DNA of 64,000 bases from the human T2T-CHM13v2.0 reference genome, Homo sapiens (GCF_009914755.1 NC_060939.1), one strand, 5' to 3'. Shown: positions 39,801-53,887, numbered from the stretch's first letter. The notes: generated by a model not told the origin, from the letters alone. Numbers and translations are program-made.

Positions 39801-42800
39801 TAAACTGCTCAATCAAAAGAAAGTTCAACTCTGTGAGATGAACGCATGCTTCACAAAGAAGTTACTCAGTATTCTTCTGTCTAGTTTTTATGTGAAGATA
39901 TTTCGTTTTCCACCATAGGCCTCAAAGGGCTCTTAATCTCCACTTGAAGATTTTACAAAATAGAATTTCAAAACTGCTCAATCAAAGGAAAGTTTTAACT
40001 CTGTGGCATGAATGCACACATCACAAAGAAGTTTCTCAGATTGCTTTTTTCTAGATTTTAAATGAAGATATATCCTTTTCTACCATAGGCCCCAAGGAGC
40101 TCCAAATGTCCACTTGCAGATTCTACAAAAAGAGTGTTTCCATACTGCTCAATCAAACAAAGGTTGAACTCTGTCAGATGAATGCACACATCAGAAAGAA
40201 GTTTCTCAGAATTCTTCTGTCTAGTTTTTGTGTGATGATATTTCCTTTTCCACCACAGGCCTCAAAGTGCTCCCAATGTCCAATTGCAGATTCAACAAAA
40301 AGAGAGTTTCAAAACTGCTCAATCAAAAGAAAGGATTCACTCAGTGAGATGAATGCACACATCACAGAGAAGTTTCTAAGATTGCTTCTGTCAAGATTTT
40401 ATTTGAAGATATTTCCTTTTCTACTGTAGGCTGCAATGCGCTCCAAATGTCCACTGGGAGATTTTACAAAAGGGTGTCTCCAAACTGCTCAATCAAAAGA
40501 AAGGTTCAACTCTGTGAGATGAACGCATGCTTCACAAAGAAGTTAGTCAGAATTCTTCTGTCTAGTTTTCATGGGAAGATATTTCGTTTTCCACCATAGG
40601 CCTCAAAGGGTTCTTAATCTCCCCTTGCAGGTTCTACAAAAGAGAGATTCAAAACTGGTCAATCAAAAGAAAGGGTTAACTCTGTCAGATGAATGCCTAC
40701 ATCACAAAGAAGTTCCTCAGATTACTTCTGTCTAGATTTTAAGTGAAGATATATCCTTTTCTACCATAGGCCCCTAGGCGCTCCAAATGTACACTTGCAG
40801 ATTCTACAAAAAGAGAATTTCAAAACTGGTACATCAAAGGAAGCTTCAACTCTTGGAGATGAATGCACACATCAGAAAGAAGTTTCTCTGAATGCTTCAA
40901 TCTTATTTTTATGTGAAGATATTTCCTTTTCCACCATAGGCCTCAAACCGCTCCAAATGTCCACATGCAGATCCTACAAAAAGAGAGTTTTAAAACTGCT
41001 CAATCAAAAGAAAGGTTTAACTCTGTGAAATAAATGCACATATCACAAAGAAGTTTCTCAGATTGCTTCTGTCTAGATTTTATGTGAAGATAGTTCCTTT
41101 TCTACCATAGGCCTCAAATCGCTCCAAATATCCACATGCAGATTTTGCAAAAAGATTGTTTCCAAACTGCTCAATCAAAAGAAATGTTCAAATCTGTGAG
41201 ATGAATGCGCACATCACAAAGAAGGTTCTTAGAATTCTTCTGACTAGTTTTTATGTGAACATATTTCCTTTTCCACCTTAGTCCTCAAAGCGCTCCCAAT
41301 GTCAATTTGTAGATTCCACAAAAAGAAAATTTCAAAACTACTCCATCAAAAGAAAGTTTTCACTCTTTGAGATGAATGCACACATCACAAAGAAGTTTCT
41401 CAGATTGCTTCTGTCTAGATTTTCTGTGAAGAGATTTCCTTTTCTACCATAGGCTGCAAAGCACACCAAATGTCCACTGGCAGATTCTACAAAAAGAGAG
41501 TTTCCAAACTGCACAATCAAAAGAAAGTTTCAACTCTGTGATATGAACGCACAAATCACAAAGAAGTTTCTCAAAATTCTTCTTTCTCGTTTTAATGTGA
41601 AAGTATTTCTTTTCCCTCAACGGGCCTCAAGGTGCTCAAAATGTCCACTTGCAGATTCTACAAAAAGAGGATTTCAAATCTGGTCCATTAAAAGAAAGAT
41701 TCGAATCTGGGAGATGAATTTACACATCACGAAGAAGTTATTCAGAATGCTTCTGTCTAGTTTTTATTGAAGATATTTCGTTTTCCACCATAGGCCTCAA
41801 GGAGCTCCAAACGTCCATTTGCAGATTCCACAAAAAGATTACTTCAAAACTGGTCCATCAAAAGAAATGTTGAACTCTGGGAGATGAATGCACACATCAC
41901 AAAGAAGTTCCTCAGAATGCTTCTAACTAGTTTTTATCTGAAGATATTTCTTTTCCTCCATAGGCCTCAAAATGCTCCAAATATATTCCTGCAGATTCTG
42001 CAGAAAGAGTGTTTCCAAACTGCTCAATAAAAGAAAGATTCAACTCTGTGAGATGAACACACACATCAAAAAGAAGTTTCTCAAAAATCCTCCGTTTAGA
42101 TTTTATGTGAAGATATTTCCATTTCCGTCATGGGTCTCAATGTGCTTTAAACGTCCACTAGCAGATTCTAAAAAAAAAAAAAAAACTGCTCAATCAAAAA
42201 GAAAGGTTTAACTCTATGACATGAATGCACACATCACAATGAAGTTTCTCAGATTGCTTCTGTCTAGATTTTATGTGAAGATATATACTTTCTTATCATA
42301 GGTCTCAAAGTGCTCCAAATATCCACTTGCAGATTCTACAAAAGAAAGTATCAAAACTGCTCTTTCAAAGGAAATTATAACTCTGTGAGATGAACGCAGA
42401 CATCACAGGGAAGTTTCTCAGATTGCTTCTGTCTAGATTTTATGTGAAGATATTTCCTTTTCTACCATAGGCCACAAAGCCCTCCAAATGTCAACTTGCA
42501 GATTCTACAAAAACAGTTTCAAAACTGCTCAATCAAAAGAAAGGTTTAACTCTGTGAGATGAATGCACACATCAGAAAGAATTTTCTCTGATTGCTTCTG
42601 TCTAGATTTTATGTGAAGATATTTCCTTTTCTACCATAGGCTGCAAAGCGCTCAGAATGTCCACTTGCAGATTGTACAAAAATTATGTTTCCAAACTGCT
42701 CAATGAAAAGAAAGTTACAACTCTGTGAGATGAACGGATACATCACAAAGAAGTTTCTCAGATTTCTTCTGTCTAGTTTTTATGTGAAGATATTTCCTTT

Positions 42801-45800
42801 TCCACTATAGGCCTGAAAACGCTGCACTTGTCTACGTCCAGATTCTACAAAAAGAGAGTTTCAAAACTGCTCAATTAAAAAATGGTTTTAACTCTGTGAG
42901 ATGAATGCACACATCACAAAGAAGTTCCTCATGTTGCTTCTGTCTAGATTTTTTGTGAAGATATTTCCTTTTCTACCATAGGCTGCAAAGTGCACCAAAT
43001 GTCCCCTTTCAGATTCAACAAAAAGAGTGTTTCCAAACTGCTCAATCAAAAGAAATGTTCAACTCTGTGAGATGAGTGCACGCATCACAAAGAAGCTTCT
43101 CAGAATTCTTCTGTCTAGTTTTTATGTGAAGGTGTTTCATTTTCCACAATAGGCCTCAAGGTGCTCAAAATCTCCACTTGCAGATTCAACAAAAAGAGTA
43201 TTCCAAAACTGATCCATCAAAAGAAAGCTTAAATTCTGGGAGATGAATGCACACATCATGAAGAAGTTTCTCAGATTTCTTCTGTCTGGATTTTATGTAA
43301 AGATATTTCCTTTTCTACCATAGACCACAAAGCACTCCAAATCTCCACTTGCAGGTTCTAAAAATGTAGTGTTTCCAAACTGCTCATTGAAAAGAACGGT
43401 TCAACTCTGTAAGATGAACGCACACATAACAAAGAAGTTTCTCAGAATTCTTCTGTCTGGTGTTTATATGAAGATATTTTCTTTTCCACCATAAGCCTCA
43501 AGGCACTTGAAATGTCCACTTGCAGATTCTACGAAAAGAGTATTTAAAAACTGGTCCTTCAAAAGAAAGGTTCAACTCTTGAGATGAATGCATACATCAC
43601 GAAGAAGTTTCTCAGAATATTTCTATCTGGTTTTTATGTGAAGATATTTCCTTTTCCACCATAGGCTTCAAATAGCACCAAATGTCCACTTACAGATTCT
43701 ACAAAAAAGAGTTTCAAAACTGCTCAATCAAAAGAAAGGCTTAACTCTGTGAGATAAATGAACACATCACAAGGAAGTTTCTCGGATTGCTTCTGTCTAG
43801 ATTTTATGTGAAGATATTTCCTTTTCCAGCATAGGCCTCAAGGCGCACAAAATATCCGCTTGCAGATTCTTCAAAAAGAGGATTTCAAAAGTGGTCCTTC
43901 AAAAGAAAGATTCAACTTTGAGATATGAATGCACACATCACAAAGAGGTTTCTCAGAATGCTTCTGTCCAGTTTTTATGTGAAGATATTTTCTTTTTCAC
44001 CATAGGCCTCAAGATGCTCAAAATGTCCACTTGCAGATTATACAAAAAGAGTATTTCAAAACTGGTCCTTCAAAAGAAATGCTCAACTCAAGGAGATGAA
44101 TGCACATATCACAAGGAAGTTTCTCAGAAAGCCTCTACCTGGTTTTTATTTGAAGATATTTAGTTTTACACTATAGGCTTGAAAGTGCTCCAAACGTCCA
44201 CTTGCAGATTCTACAAAAAGAGAGCTTCAAAACTGCTCCATCAAAAGAAAGGTTCAACTCTATATGATGAACGTACGAATCACAAAGAAGTTTATCAGAA
44301 TTCTTCTGTTTAGTTTTCATGTGAAGGTATTTCCTTCTCCACTGTAGGCCTCATATCACTCCAAATGTCCAGTTTCAGGATCTACAAAAAGAGAGTTTCA
44401 AAACTGCTTCATCAAAAGAAATGTTTAACTCTGTGAGGTGAATGCACACATCACAAAGAAGTTTCTCAGATTGCTTCTGTCTAGATTTTATGTGAAGATA
44501 TTTCCTTTGTTACCATAGGCTGCAAAGCGCTCAAAATGTCCACTTGCAAATTCTACAAAAAGAGTGTTTGAAAACTGCTCAATCAAAAGAAAGGTTCAAC
44601 TCTGTGAGATGAACACACACATCACAAAAAAAGTTTCTCAGATTTCTTCTGTCTTGTTTTTATGGTAAGATATTTCCTTTTCGACCATAGGCCTTAAAGC
44701 ACTCCCAATTTCCTATTGCAGATTCAACAAAAAGAGTTTCAGAACTGCTCAATCAAAAGAAAGGTTTCACTCTCTGAGATGAATGCATACATCACAAAGA
44801 AGTTTCTCAGATTGCTTCTCTCTAGATTTTATGCGAAGATATTTCCTTTTCCACCATAGGCCTCAAAGTGCTCCAAATGTCCACTTGCAGATTCTACCAA
44901 TAGTGCATTTCCAAACTGCTCAATCAAAGGAAGTTTTAACTATGTGAGATGAATGCACACATCACAAAGAAGTTTCTCAGTTTGCTTCTGTCTAGATTTT
45001 ATGTGAAGATATTTCCTTTTCTACCATAGGCCTCAAAGCTCTCAAAATGTCCACTTGTAGATTCTACAAAAGGAGCATTTCAAAACTCCTCAATCGAAAA
45101 ATCTCCAACTCTGTGAGATGCATGGATACATCACAAAGAATTTTCTCAGAATGCTTCTGTCTAGTTTTTATGTGAAGATATTTCCTTTTCCAAAAAAGGC
45201 CTCAAAGCACTCCAAATATACACTTGCAGATTCTAAAAAAGAATGTTTCACAACTACTCTATATAAGAAAATTTCAACTCTGTCACGTGAATGCACACAT
45301 GACAAAGAAGTTGCTGAGAATGTTTCTGTCTAGTTTTTATATGAAGATATTTCCTTTTCCACTATAGGCAGTATAGCACTCCAAATGTCCATTTGCAGAT
45401 TCTACAAAAAGAGTGTTTCCAAACTGCTCATTCAAAAGAAAGTTTCGAGTCTGTGAGATGAGTGCACACATCATAAAGAAGTTTCTCAGAATGCTTCTGT
45501 CTAGTTTTTATTTGAAGATATTTCCTTTTCCACCATAGACCTCTAAGCGTTCCAAATGACCAATTGCAGATTCTAAAAATGAGTTTTTCAAAACTGCTCA
45601 ATCGAAAGAAAGGTTCAACTCTCTATGATGAATGCACATATCACAAAGAATTTTCACAGAACGATTCTGTCTAGTTTTTATGTGAAGATATTTCCTTTTC
45701 CACCATAGGCCCCAAAGCGATCCAAATGTACACTTTCAGATACTACAAAAAGAGTGTTCTAAAACTGCTCAATCAAAAGAAAGTTTCAGCTTTGTGAGAT

Positions 45801-47415
45801 GAATGCATACATCACAAAGAAGTTTCTCAGAATGTTTCTGTAGAGATTTTATGTTAAGATATTTACTTTTCCACCATAGACCTCATAGCACTCCAAATGT
45901 CCACTTGCAGGGTCTACCAAAAGAGTGTTTCAAAGCTACTCAATCAAAAGAAAGTTTCAACTCTGCGAGATGAATGCACACATCACAAAGTAGTTTCTCA
46001 GAATGCTTCTATTTATTATGTGAAGATATCTCATTTTCCAACTTAGGTCTCAAAGCACTCCAGATGTCCACCTGCAGATTCTACAAAAGAAGTGTTTCAA
46101 AACTGCTCAATCGAAAGTAAAGTTCAACTCTGTGAGATGAATGCACACCTCACAAAGAAGTTTGTCAGAAATCTTCTGACTAGTTTTTATGTGAGGATAT
46201 TTCCTTTTCCACCAGAGTCCGCAAAGCGCTCCAAATGTCCTATTGTAGATTCTACAACAAGAGTGTTTCAAAACAGTTCAATCAAAACTAAGGTTCACCT
46301 CTGTGAGATGAATGCACACATCACAAAGAAGGTTTTCAGAATGCTTCTGTCTAGGACTTAAGTGAAAATATTTTCTTTTCCACCATAGGCCTCAAAGCTC
46401 TACAAATGTCCTCTTGCAAATTCTACAAAATGTGTTTCAAAATTGATCAATCAAAAGAAATTTCCAACTCTGTCAAGTGAGTGCACACATCCCAAAGAAG
46501 TTTGTCAGAATGATTCTGTCTAGTTTTAATGTGAAGATGTTTCCTTTTCCACACTAGGCCTCACAGTACTCAAAATGTCCACCTGCAGATTCTGCAAAAA
46601 GAGTTTTTAAAAACTACTCAATCAAAAGAAAATTTCAACTATGTGAGGTGAATGCACACATCACAGAGAAGTTTCTCAGAATGCTTCTGTCTAGTTTTTA
46701 TGTGATGATATTTCCTTTTCCACCATAGGCCTGAAAACTCTACAAATATACACTTGCAGATTCTACAAAAACGTGTTTCAAAACTGCTCAATGAAAAGAA
46801 AGGTTCAAATATGTGAGATGAATGCGCACATCACAAAGAAGTTTGTCAGAATGTTTCTGTATAGGTTTTATATGAAGATATTCCCTTTTCCACCATAGGC
46901 TTCGAAGCGCACCAAATTTCCACATGCAGATTGTACAAAGTGTTTCAAAGCTGTTCAATCAAATAAAAGGTTTAAACCTGTGAGATGAATGCACACATCA
47001 CAAAGAAATTTGTCAGAATGCTTCTGTCTAGTTATTGTGAAGATATTTCCTTTTCCATCATAGGCCTCAATGCACGCCAAATGTCCACTTACAGATAGTA
47101 CAAAAAGGGTGTTTCAAAACTGCTGAATCAAAAGAAAGTTTCAACTCTTTTAAATGAATGCACATATGACAAAGAAGTTTATCAGAATGCTTCTATCTAG
47201 TTTTCATGTGAAGATTTTTTTAAATATGCCTCAAATAGCTCCAAATGTCCACTTGCAAATTCTACAAAAAGAGTGTTTCCAAACTGCTCAATAAAAAGAA
47301 AGATTCAACTCTGTGAGAAGAACGCACACATCACAAAGAAGTTTCTCAGAATGCTTCTGTCTAGGTTTTATGTAAAGATATTTACTTTTCCATCATAGGC
47401 CTCAAAGTGCTCCAA
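24809..47415 (-). repeat. Alpha satellite, inverted orientation; domain 2 main segment
   Basis: Continuous reverse-complement 171-bp monomers, ending at ggcctcaaagtgctccaa where the pentamers begin. Confidence 0.98.
30190..41790 (-). repeat. Divergent, rearranged 11-monomer (~1.87 kb) alpha-satellite higher-order repeat
   Basis: Diagnostic monomer variants recur in fixed order. aaagtgctcccaatgtccaattgc occurs at 30888 and 32761 (1873 bp apart). The gtccactgggagattttac-type marker occurs at ~31072, 32946, 35098, 36122, 37210, 39769 and 40449. Confidence 0.85.
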
Positions 47416-47600
47416 TCCACTCCAATGCATTCCATTCTGTCCCATTCCATTCCACTCCATTCCTCTCCACTCCACCCCACTGCACTCCACACCCTATTCC
47501 TTTCCATTCCGTTCCATTCCATTCCATTCCATTCCATTCCATTCCATTCCATTCCATTCCATTCCGTCCCATTCCATTCCACACCATTCCATTCCTTACC

Positions 47601-47664
47601 TTTCTTTTGATATTATCTCACTCTGTCACCCAGGCTGCTGTACAGTGGCACAATCTCAGCTCAC
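47601..47664 (-). mobile_element. Alu 3'-end fragment, copy 1 (most Alu-like)
   Basis: tttcttttgatattatctcactctgtcacccaggctgctgtacagtggcacaatctcagctcac resembles antisense Alu gagtctcgctctgtcgcccaggctggagtgcagtggcgcgatctcggctcac. Confidence 0.85.
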
Positions 47665-48420
47665 TTTTCATTTCACCATTCCATTCCATTGCATTCCATT
47701 TCATTCCATTCCATTGCGTTCCATTTCATTCCATTCAATTCCATTCTTTCAATTCCATTCCATTCCATTCCACTCCACTCCACTCCACCCCGCTCCACTC
47801 CATCCCATTCCATTTCACACCATTCCACTCCACTCCACTCCAATCCATTCAACTCCATCCCATTCCATTCCCCTCCGTTCCCCTCCACTCCACTCCACTT
47901 CACTCCATTCCACTCCACTCCATTACATTCCATTCTATTACACACCATTCCGTTCCATTCCATTCCATTCCATTCCTTTTCATTCCATTGAACTCCACTC
48001 CATTACACTCCATTCCATTCCACTTAATTTCACTCCTTTCCACTCCACTCCACTCCATTCCACTCCAATCCATTCCATTCCACTCCATTCCATTCCGTTC
48101 CATTCAACTCCATTCCATTCCATTGCACTCCATTCCATTCCATTGCATTCCACTTTATTCCACTCCATTCCATTCCACTTGACTCCACTCCACTCCACTC
48201 CACTCCACTCCATTCCATTCCATTCCATTCCATTCTACTTGATTACACTCCACTCCATTCCACTCCACTCCATTCCACTCAATTCCTTGCCATTCCGTTC
48301 CATTCCATTCCTGTCTATTCCACTCAACTCCACTCCATTCCACTCCACTACACTCGATTCCACTCCATTCCATTCCACTCCACTCCATTCCATTCCATTC
48401 TACTCCATTCCATTCCATTC

Positions 48421-48484
48421 CTTTATTTCGACTGGGTTTCACTCTATCACCCAGACAGGAGTGTAATGGCACAATCTTAGCTCA
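48421..48484 (-). mobile_element. Alu 3'-end fragment, copy 2
   Basis: ctttatttcgactgggtttcactctatcacccagacaggagtgtaatggcacaatcttagctca. Confidence 0.8.
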
Positions 48485-49032
48485 AATTTCATTTCACCAT
48501 TCCTTTCCATTCCATTCCATTCAATTTCATTCTGCTCCACTACACTCAACTCCACTCCACTCCACTAAACTCCGTTCCATTCCAATCCATTCCATTCTTT
48601 TCCATTGCATTGCATTCCGTTCCATTCCATTCCACTCTGTACCACTCCATTCCACTCCAGTCCATTCCACTCCACTCCACTATACTCTATTCCACTCCAC
48701 TCCACTCCAGTCCATTCCACTCCATTCCATTCCATTCCACTGCACTCCGATACATTCCACTCAACTACACTACACTCCAGTCCGTTTCATTCCGTTCCAT
48801 TCTGTTACGTTCTGTTCCATTCCATTCCACTCCATTCCATTCCACTCCACTCCACTCCATTTTACTCCATTCCACTCCACTCCACTAAACTCCATTCCAT
48901 TTCACTCCATTCCACTCCATTCCACTCCAATCCATTCCACTCCATTCCATTCCACTGCACTCCACTCCATTACACTCCATTCCGTTCCACTCCAATCTAT
49001 TCCATTCCATTCTACTCCATTCCGTTGCATTC

Positions 49033-49097
49033 CTTTATTTCGACTGGATCTCACTCTTACACCCAGACTGGAGTGCAGTGGCACAATTTTAGATCAC
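49033..49097 (-). mobile_element. Alu 3'-end fragment, copy 3
   Basis: ctttatttcgactggatctcactcttacacccagactggagtgcagtggcacaattttagatcac. Confidence 0.8.
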
Positions 49098-50789
49098 ATT
49101 TCATTTCACCATTCCATTCCATTCCTTTACATTCCACTCCAGTCCACTACACTACACTACACTCTTCTCCATTCCACTACACTCCATTCCATTCCATTCA
49201 ACAGCAATCCGATCCATTTCATTCAACACCACTCCACTCCACTCTGCTCCATTCCATTCCGTTACGTTCCATTCCATTCCATTCCATTCCATTCCATTCC
49301 ATTCCATTCCATTCCATTCAATAGCATTCCACTGCACTCTGATGCACTCCACTCAAATCCACTCCACTCCATTACATTCCGTTCTGTTCCATTCCATTCT
49401 GTTCCGTTCCATTCCATTCCATTCCACTCCACTCCGTTCCATTCCACTCCATTCCACTCGACTTCACTCCACTCCACTCTGCTCCACTCCACTCCATTCC
49501 ATTCCATTCCACTGCACTACCATCCACTCCACAGAACTCCACTCCACCGCACTCCACTCCACTCTGTTCCATTCCATTCCGTTCCATTCCATTCCATTCC
49601 ACTCCATTCCATTCCACTCCACTCCACTCCACTCCATAGCACTCAACTCCACTCCATTCCATTCCGTTCCTTTCCACTCCGTTGAATTTCATTGCATTCC
49701 ATTCCATTTCATTCATTTCCAATCCACTCCATTACATTCCACTCCATTCCACTCCATTCCATTCCACTCCACTCCACTCCACTCCACTCCATAGCACTCC
49801 ACTCCACTCCATTCCATTCCGTTCCTTTCCACTCCGTTGAATTTCATTGCATTCCATTCCATTTCATTCATTTCCAATCAACTCCATTACATTCCACTCC
49901 ATTCCACTCCATTCCACTCCACTCCACTCCACTGCAATCCACTCCATTCCACTCCACTCCACTGAACTCCAATCCACTGCACTCTGCTCCATTCGCTTCC
50001 ATTCCATTCCTCTGCAGTCCGATCCACTCCACTCAACTCCACTCCCCTCCCCTTCACTCCCTTCCATTCCGTTCTGTTCCATTCTGTTCCGTTCCGTTCC
50101 ATTCCAATCCATTCCATTCCACTCCACTGTACTCCACTCCATTCCACTCCACTCCAATCCACTCCACTCCATTCCACTCCACTCCAATCCACTCCACTCC
50201 ATTCCACTCCACTCCACTCTACTCCACTGCATTCCAATACACTCCATAACTTTCCATTCCATTCCATTCCATTCCATTCCATTCCATTCCATTCCATTCC
50301 ACGGCAATCTGATCCACTCCACTCAACTCCACTCCACTCCATTCCATGCCACTCCTTAACTTTCCATTCCACTCCTTTCCATTCCATTCCATTCCACTCC
50401 ACTCCTTTCCTCTATATTCCACTCCACTCCACTCCACTCCAGTCCACTCCACTCCACTCCACTCCATTCCATTCCATCGCATTCCACTGCAGTCCTATAC
50501 ACTCCACTCAACTCCATTCCACTCCATGCCGTTTCATTCCGTTCTGTTTCATTCCATTCTGTTCCATTCCACTCCTTTCCTTTCCACTCCATTCCATTCC
50601 ACTCCACTCCATTCCACTCCATTCCACTCCATTCCACTGCATTCCGTTCCACTCCATTCCATTCCGTTCCACTCCATTCCATTCCGTTCCACTCCACTCC
50701 ATTCCACTCCATTCCACTCCACTCCATTCCACACCATTCCATTACAGTCCACTCCATTCCATTCCATTCTAATCCATTCCATTCCATTC

Positions 50790-50854
50790 CTTTATTTCAA
50801 CAGGATGTCACTCTGTCACCCTGACAGGAGTGCAATGGCACGTTCTTAGCTCAC
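50790..50854 (-). mobile_element. Alu 3'-end fragment, copy 4
   Basis: ctttatttcaacaggatgtcactctgtcaccctgacaggagtgcaatggcacgttcttagctcac. Confidence 0.8.
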
Positions 50855-52060
50855 ATTTCATTTCACCATTCCATTCCATTCCATTCCATTCAACTCCCTT
50901 CCATTCCATTCCATTCCATTCCACTCCACTCCACTCCATTCCACTCCATTCCATTCCATTCTATTCCAGTCCATCCCATTCTATTTCACTCCACTCCACT
51001 CAACTCCACTCCTTTCCAATCTGTTCCATTCCATTCTGCTACATTCCTTCGCATTCCATTCCATTCCATTCCATTCCATTCCACTCTACTCCATTCCACT
51101 CCATTCCAATCTACTCCACTGCACTCCACTCCACTCCTCTCCAGTCCACTCCACTCCACTAAACTCCACTGCACTCCACTCCACTCCATTCCATTTCGTT
51201 TTGTTCCGTTCCGTTCGGGTTTGTTGCATTCCACTCCATTCCATTCCACTCCACTCCTCACCGCACCACTCCATTTCACTTTATTACACTCCGTTCCACT
51301 CCAGTACACTCAACTCCATTCCATTCCATTCCATTCTACTCAACTCCATTCCACTACATTCCATTCCATTCCCCTGCACTCCATTCCACTCCACTCAACT
51401 CCACTCCACTCCATTCCACTCCACTCGATTCGTTCCATTCTATTCCTTTCCCTTCCATTCCATTCCGTTCCATTCCACTCCATTCTACTCCATTCCCCTC
51501 CACTCCATTCCACTCCCGTCCATTCCAGTCCAATCCCCTTCACTCCACTCAACTCCCATCCATTCCACTGCTTTCCATTCCATTCCTTTCCACTCCACTG
51601 CAGTGCGATCCACTCCACTCAAGTCCACTCCACTCCACTCCTCTCCACTTCATTCCATTCCATTTCATTTCATTCCACTGCACTCCGATCCACTCCACTC
51701 AATTCCACTACTCTCCACTAAACTCTGCTCCATTCTGGTCTTTTCCCTTCTGTCCCATTCCGTTCCATTCCAGTCCACTCCATTCTACTCCAATCCATTC
51801 TTCTCCATTCCATTCCATTCCATTCTAATCCATTCCATTCCATTCCATTGCACTGCACTCCATTCCAATAAACTCCATTACACTCCACTCCACTCCATTC
51901 CCCTTCAATCCATTCCATACCATTCCATTCCACACCACACTATTCCACTCCACTCCACTCCATTCCACTCCACTCCATTCCAATCCAATCCACTCCATTC
52001 CAAACCATTTCATTCCACTCCACTTCATTCCATTCCGTTTTACTCCATTCCATTCCATTC

Positions 52061-52124
52061 CTTATTTTTGACTGGATCTCACTCTGTCACCCATACTGGA
52101 GTACAGTGGCACAATCTTAGCTCA
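52061..52124 (-). mobile_element. Alu 3'-end fragment, copy 5
   Basis: cttatttttgactggatctcactctgtcacccatactggagtacagtggcacaatcttagctca. Confidence 0.8.
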
Positions 52125-53822
52125 GATTTCATTTCACCATTCCATTCCATTCCATTCCACTCCACTCCACTCCATTTTATTCCATTTCACTCCACTCCAC
52201 TCGCCTCTGATCCACTCCACTCCACTCCCTTCCTTTCCACTCCACTCCATTCCATTCCTCTGCACTCCACTAAACTCCACTCCTCTCCAATCCACTTCAT
52301 TCCATTTAATTCCATTCCACTCCACTCCATTCCCTTCCATTCTATTCCAGTTCACTGCACTCCGATCCACTCCTCTCAACTACACTCCACTCCACTCCGT
52401 TCCATTCCGTTCCTTTCCATTCCGTTCTATTCCATTCCATTACCTTCCATTCCATTCCATTCCACTCCACTCAACTACACTCCACTCCACTCCTTTCCAT
52501 TCCATTCCACTCCACTGCACTCTGATCCACTTCATTCCACTCCACTCCACTTCAATCCACTCCATTCCACTCCATTCCACTCCACTCCACTCCACTGCAT
52601 TATATTCCATTCCATTCCATTCCATTACTTTCCACTGCACTCCGATCCACTCCACTCCACTCCACTCAACTCCATTCCACTCCACAGCTTTCCATTCCAC
52701 TCCACTCCATTTCATTCTTTTCCACTCCATTCCAGTCCACTCCACTCCACTCTATTCCACTCCACTCCTTTCCATTCCACTCCACTCCTTTCCATTCCAC
52801 TCCACTCCTTTCCATTCCACTCCACTCCACTCCATTACATTCCACTCCTCTCCATTCCATTCTATTCCACTCCATTCCACTCCACTCCATTCCATTCCAC
52901 GCCACTCCCTTCCTTTCCACTCCACTCCACTCCATTCCATTTTATTCCACTCCACTGCATTCCATTCCATTCCATGCCATGACATTCCACTGCACTCCAA
53001 TCCACTCCACCCAACTCCTATCCACCCCACTCCACTCCACTCCGTTCCCTTCCATTCCATTCCATTCCGTTCCATTTAATTCCATTCCATTCCATTCCAC
53101 TCCATTCCATTTCACTCCATTCCTCTCCATTCCTCTCCACTCCATTCCACTCTACTCCACTCCAATTCACTCCACTCCATTCCATTGAATTTCACTGCAC
53201 TCCGATCCATTCCACTCAACTACACTACACTACACTACACTACAATACACTACACTTCGTTCCATTCCATTCTGTATCGTTCCTTTCCATTCCACTCCAT
53301 TTCTTTCCTATACACTCCATTCCATTCCACTCCATTTCACTCTTTTCCACTCCATTCCACTCCATTCCACTCCACTCCATTCCGTTCCACTCAACTTCAT
53401 TCCGTTCCATTCCACTCCATTCCATTCCGTTCCATTCCACTCCATTCCACTATGATCCATTCCATTACACTCCATTCTACTCCACTCCACTGTATTATCT
53501 TCCATTCCAGTTCATTTCATTCCATTCTATTCCATTCCATTCCATTCTATTCCATTCCATTCCTCTCCATTCCATTCTATTCTTCTCCATTCCATTTCAT
53601 TCCTTTCCACTCCATTCCACTCCATTCCACTCCATTCCATTCCACTCCACTCCACTCCATTCCTTTCCAATCATTTCCATTCCTCTCCATTCCATTTCAT
53701 TCCTTTCCACTCCATTCCACTCCATTCCACTCCACTCCATTCCACTCCACTCCACTCCATTCCACTCCATTCCATTCAACTCCACTCCATTCCATTCCAC
53801 TCTACTGCATTCCATTCCATTC

Positions 53823-53887
53823 CTTTACTTCGATTGGATGTCACTCTGTCACCCAGAGTGTAGTGCAGTGGCACAATCTTAGCTCAC
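53823..53887 (-). mobile_element. Alu 3'-end fragment, copy 6
   Basis: ctttacttcgattggatgtcactctgtcacccagagtgtagtgcagtggcacaatcttagctcac. Confidence 0.8.

Noticed and set aside
1-47400. Numerous 60-180 aa ORFs in alpha satellite
   Set aside because: These are recurrent translations of the 171-bp monomer ([20 protein letters not shown]), many with non-ATG starts; they are artefacts.
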